NCBI RefSeq assembly: GCF_018977255.1
Contig: NW_024704742.1
Coordinates: 91,266,001-91,330,000 of the forward strand
Length of the DNA: 64,000 bases
Source: Callorhinchus milii
Lineage: Eukaryota
Direction of reading: 5' to 3'
The notes under the pieces were generated by a model. The model ran no database searches and was not told the DNA's origin. It was given only the letters and a program-made list of their open reading frames with translations. A program made the position numbers and the translations under genes. Positions 60,819-64,000 of the stretch are shown here, piece by piece. Position 1 is the stretch's first letter; each line of letters starts with the position of its first letter.

Positions 60819-62267
60819 CTGTCAAATGTTCAAAAATGTTACAGAACACCTGGTGAGTAACAGTTAAGCAAAGGTTTACTTTCCAGCCTTTAGTCAAAAC
60901 TTTTCGGCCTTTTGTCAGTTTTAAAGAAAAATGCTGCCTGCAATCATAACTTCGGTTTTGAAATTTTACACCTTAGACTACTACTGTTGCTGTTTTGAAT
61001 GTGCTTTTTGCCCCACTCACAATATAATAATCCTTGCATTTGATATAGAGCCTTATCACGTCTTTGAAACATCTCAAAGCACTTCACAGAATATACTGTA
61101 GTGAATTGACTGTATATTTTGTGGGTAAAACGTGGCAGCCAATTGTGCACTTATAACCTAAGGAGAGGCATACCGAGGTTTGCGAGATGGACCACCCCAT
61201 GTTTGAAACCCAGGAGAACTAACCAAGGTCGGAAAACTATAAAAATGGGTAGAAACTTACTGCATCCATATATACTTGAAATGTTCTTTCAGGAATATGA
61301 CAAATTCTACAAATTCTATGGCCTGTGTTTTAATTTTTATTTAAAAAGAGATTATATAATGAAGAGAACAGTCTTGTACTTTATGACTGCAGGCTTCATA
61401 GAAGTTCAAACAACTGGTTCCACTCAGATAATCTCCAAAACCCTTGAGCAACATAATTTATCTATGACCTTAACTAGCTCTAAGCTTGCACCAATCAGCT
61501 ACTGTTATAATGTTAGGTAAACAGAGTGGTCAGAAGTCTTCATGTGAAGTTACCAAGATTACATAAAGCGAATAGAAAATATAGTTGGATAGATCTTATT
61601 GATATTGGAGAACTTGAATGGAAATACTATCTATAATAAATAATCCTTGCACTTGATATAGCACCTTTCATGTTGGGTGAACATCTTAAAGCACCTCATA
61701 GGATATACTGTAAAGTGTAGTGACTGTATATTTGGCAGGCAGACATGTTAGCCAATTTGCACACAGTAATGTCCCACAAACAAAGTGAATGACTAATTTT
61801 ATCTGGGGGATTGCTGACCCCAGGATACCCTGAAAAAACTCATTTCTCTTTTTGAATAATGCAATGGTATCTTCAATGGCCATCTGAATAGGATCTCAGT
61901 TTAACGTCACCTCCAAAGAGTGGCTCCTCCAACAATGCAGCACACCCCCAATAGTACACCGGAGTGTCAGCATAAAGTTCAAAGCCTTGACATGAGGCTT
62001 GAACCCAAAATATTCCTGTTTGCCTGCAAAAAGTGACTGTACTTGATAATTACCTGTGAAACATTTCCCAAAGCCCATGACACTATTGACTGAGCGCTAA
62101 CATAGATTTACACAGCCTGTACAGGGAACAGGACATTCATCCCAACCAGTCCGTGCTGGTGTTTATTCTCCACAAGTCAGCAACTCAGGAATCACCTCTC
62201 TGCTCTCCTTCTCCTTGACTTGGAATTTGTTTTCTTTTTCCTGCACATCTATCCACACATCTTTCTA

Positions 62268-62325
62268 CCGAGTTTCTATATCTTTCCTCCGAGTTTCTAT
62301 ATCTTTCCTCCGAGTTTCTACATCT
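62268..62325. repeat. 21-bp tandem repeat, ~2.7 copies (CCGAGTTTCTATATCTTTCCT)
   Basis: Direct reading. Confidence 0.85.
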
Positions 62326-62787
62326 TAGAATTTTTTGCAGCTTCCTCCTTGATGAAGAAAGGCACGTAGACTGAGGGACACATTAAGAATAAGTAGCCAT
62401 GGTCCACTGGATGCAGAGTATGTTAGCTGCACTCCCCACTCAAGCTGGGAGTGGGGGCCGAGTGAGTGGGGAGTAGAAAGAAGACTGAAAGTATGGTCAA
62501 AGAGGCATGTTTTGAGACAGGCTTGAGGGAGGGAGGGAGGGAGGGAGGGAGGGAATGAATTCCAGAGAATGGGGGCAGAATTGCTGAAAGCCCACCTGTC
62601 AAAAGCAGGCATTTGAGGTGTTAGCATAATAAGGCATTACAGACAGGTGTTTGTTTTCAAAGGTGAAATGGTAAAGATAAACATGGAGTACAACAGCAGC
62701 AGTTACAGCAATTAATTTTATGAAAAGATAATTTGATGTAAATATAAAGTAGTGTAATCAGAAGCTCAAGTGAAAGGAAATAACTAC

Positions 62788-62860
62788 CTTGTTTACTTTA
62801 TCTGGATTGCTTCCGATAACAACAGAGCATCCACATGTCTGTAGGTGAGAGCTAATGGCT
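62788..62860 (-). CDS. C9orf72: C9orf72 coding exon (73 nt): AISSHLQTCGCSVVIGSNPDKVNK; upstream exons lie beyond the window end
   Basis: tttacag|A acceptor and AAG|gtagtt donor; conserved AISSHLQTCGCSVV. Confidence 0.96.
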
Positions 62861-64000
62861 CTGTAAATCAAAACATACACATCTAATTATTGTAAGATAC
62901 TCATGTAATAGTTATGAGATGAGCTTGTGACAAGAATCTGCACTTCATTTGATACAAGTACCTGAAAAATTAAGCATTTAAATTTTTTATTTACTTCAAA
63001 TGAGAGAACACTTTTTTCTTTTACATTTTAGGACGGTGCCCTCAATTATGGGCATATAACATTATAATAGCTAAGTTTACCATTTACCCAGCTACATAAT
63101 GATCAGCCATTATATTATACAAGGTCCATAAACACGTCTACCCGGTAAATATGCAAACCTTGGTGTCAAGCCCAACAAGAGCGGCAGAAAACAATAATAA
63201 TCCTTGCATTTGATATAGTGCTTTTCACGTCTTCTAGACATCTCAAAGTGCTTCACAGAATATACTGTAAAGTGAATTGACTGTATATTTGTGGGCGAAA
63301 CGCGGCAGCCAATTGCGCACAACAGTTGCATAAGTTTCAATGTGCAAATAGCCTGCCCCCTATTGGCAGAGCTCAATATCTATATACTCTGTGTACATGG
63401 GCATATATGGGCTACACGTCAGCCAACCATAAAATAGTACACTGTGATGCCTTCCTTTCACTGTGCACTTCCTTTCCCCTTTTTCATTCCCATCCCAATT
63501 ATAAATTGACGTGAAAGCATTTAACTCCCTTTCTACTACTGCGATACAGTAAAGCAGCAGTAAAATAATTATAATAATCCTTCCATTTAGCATAACACCT
63601 TTCATGTTGGAAGGACGTCTCAAAGTGCTTCACAGGATATACTGTAACGTGTAGTAACTACACATAGCATATATGTAGAATATATATGCCCCATGGTGTT
63701 TTTTTGTGGGCAAATGTGACAGCCAATTTGAGCACAGCAATGTCCCACAACAGCCATGAAATGAATGAACAATTTTATTTGGGGCTTATTGGCCAAATCA
63801 ACAGGAGAAACTCCTCTCACTTTTCAAAAAGGGATCTTTAATGTCTACCTGAACAAGCAGACAGGGTCTCTGTCTAATGTGTCGTCCAAAAGACAGGATC
63901 TCCAACAATGCAGCACACCCCCAGCACTGCATTGGATTATATGCTTTGATAATATGGGCTTCAATTCACAAAGTGGGGCTTGAACCCATAACCTTCAACA

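Overview
Vertebrate genomic DNA, most likely a cartilaginous fish (inferred from the Deu-domain SINE, L2, CR1 and Penelope repeat content). It is not prokaryotic, and there are no CRISPR arrays, rRNA or intact tRNA genes. Two spliced genes lie in tandem on the minus strand. C9orf72 contributes its last six coding exons (62860 to the stop at 50387). CCDC171 contributes its 5' part: a CpG-island promoter near 34.4-34.75 kb, a probable non-coding exon 1, and six coding exons from ATG 23146 to 1733, continuing off the left edge. All coding exons have AG/GT boundaries and join in frame. The most unusual feature is a ~10.5 kb minisatellite (34-37 bp unit) filling CCDC171 intron 1. It starts at the putative exon-1 splice donor, and its unit looks like a tandemly amplified copy of that junction. 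On the transcribed strand each unit carries a GTGAGTAT donor-like motif, and many carry a perfect CACAGTG RSS heptamer. The very long ORFs over this array are artefacts. The rest of the window is dense with layered retroposons (CR1, L2, three SINE generations sharing an L2 3' stem-loop) and a few non-autonomous DNA transposons. I found no evidence of a new protein-coding system. Comparisons to human proteins, exon sizes and repeat consensuses are from memory, not from searches.
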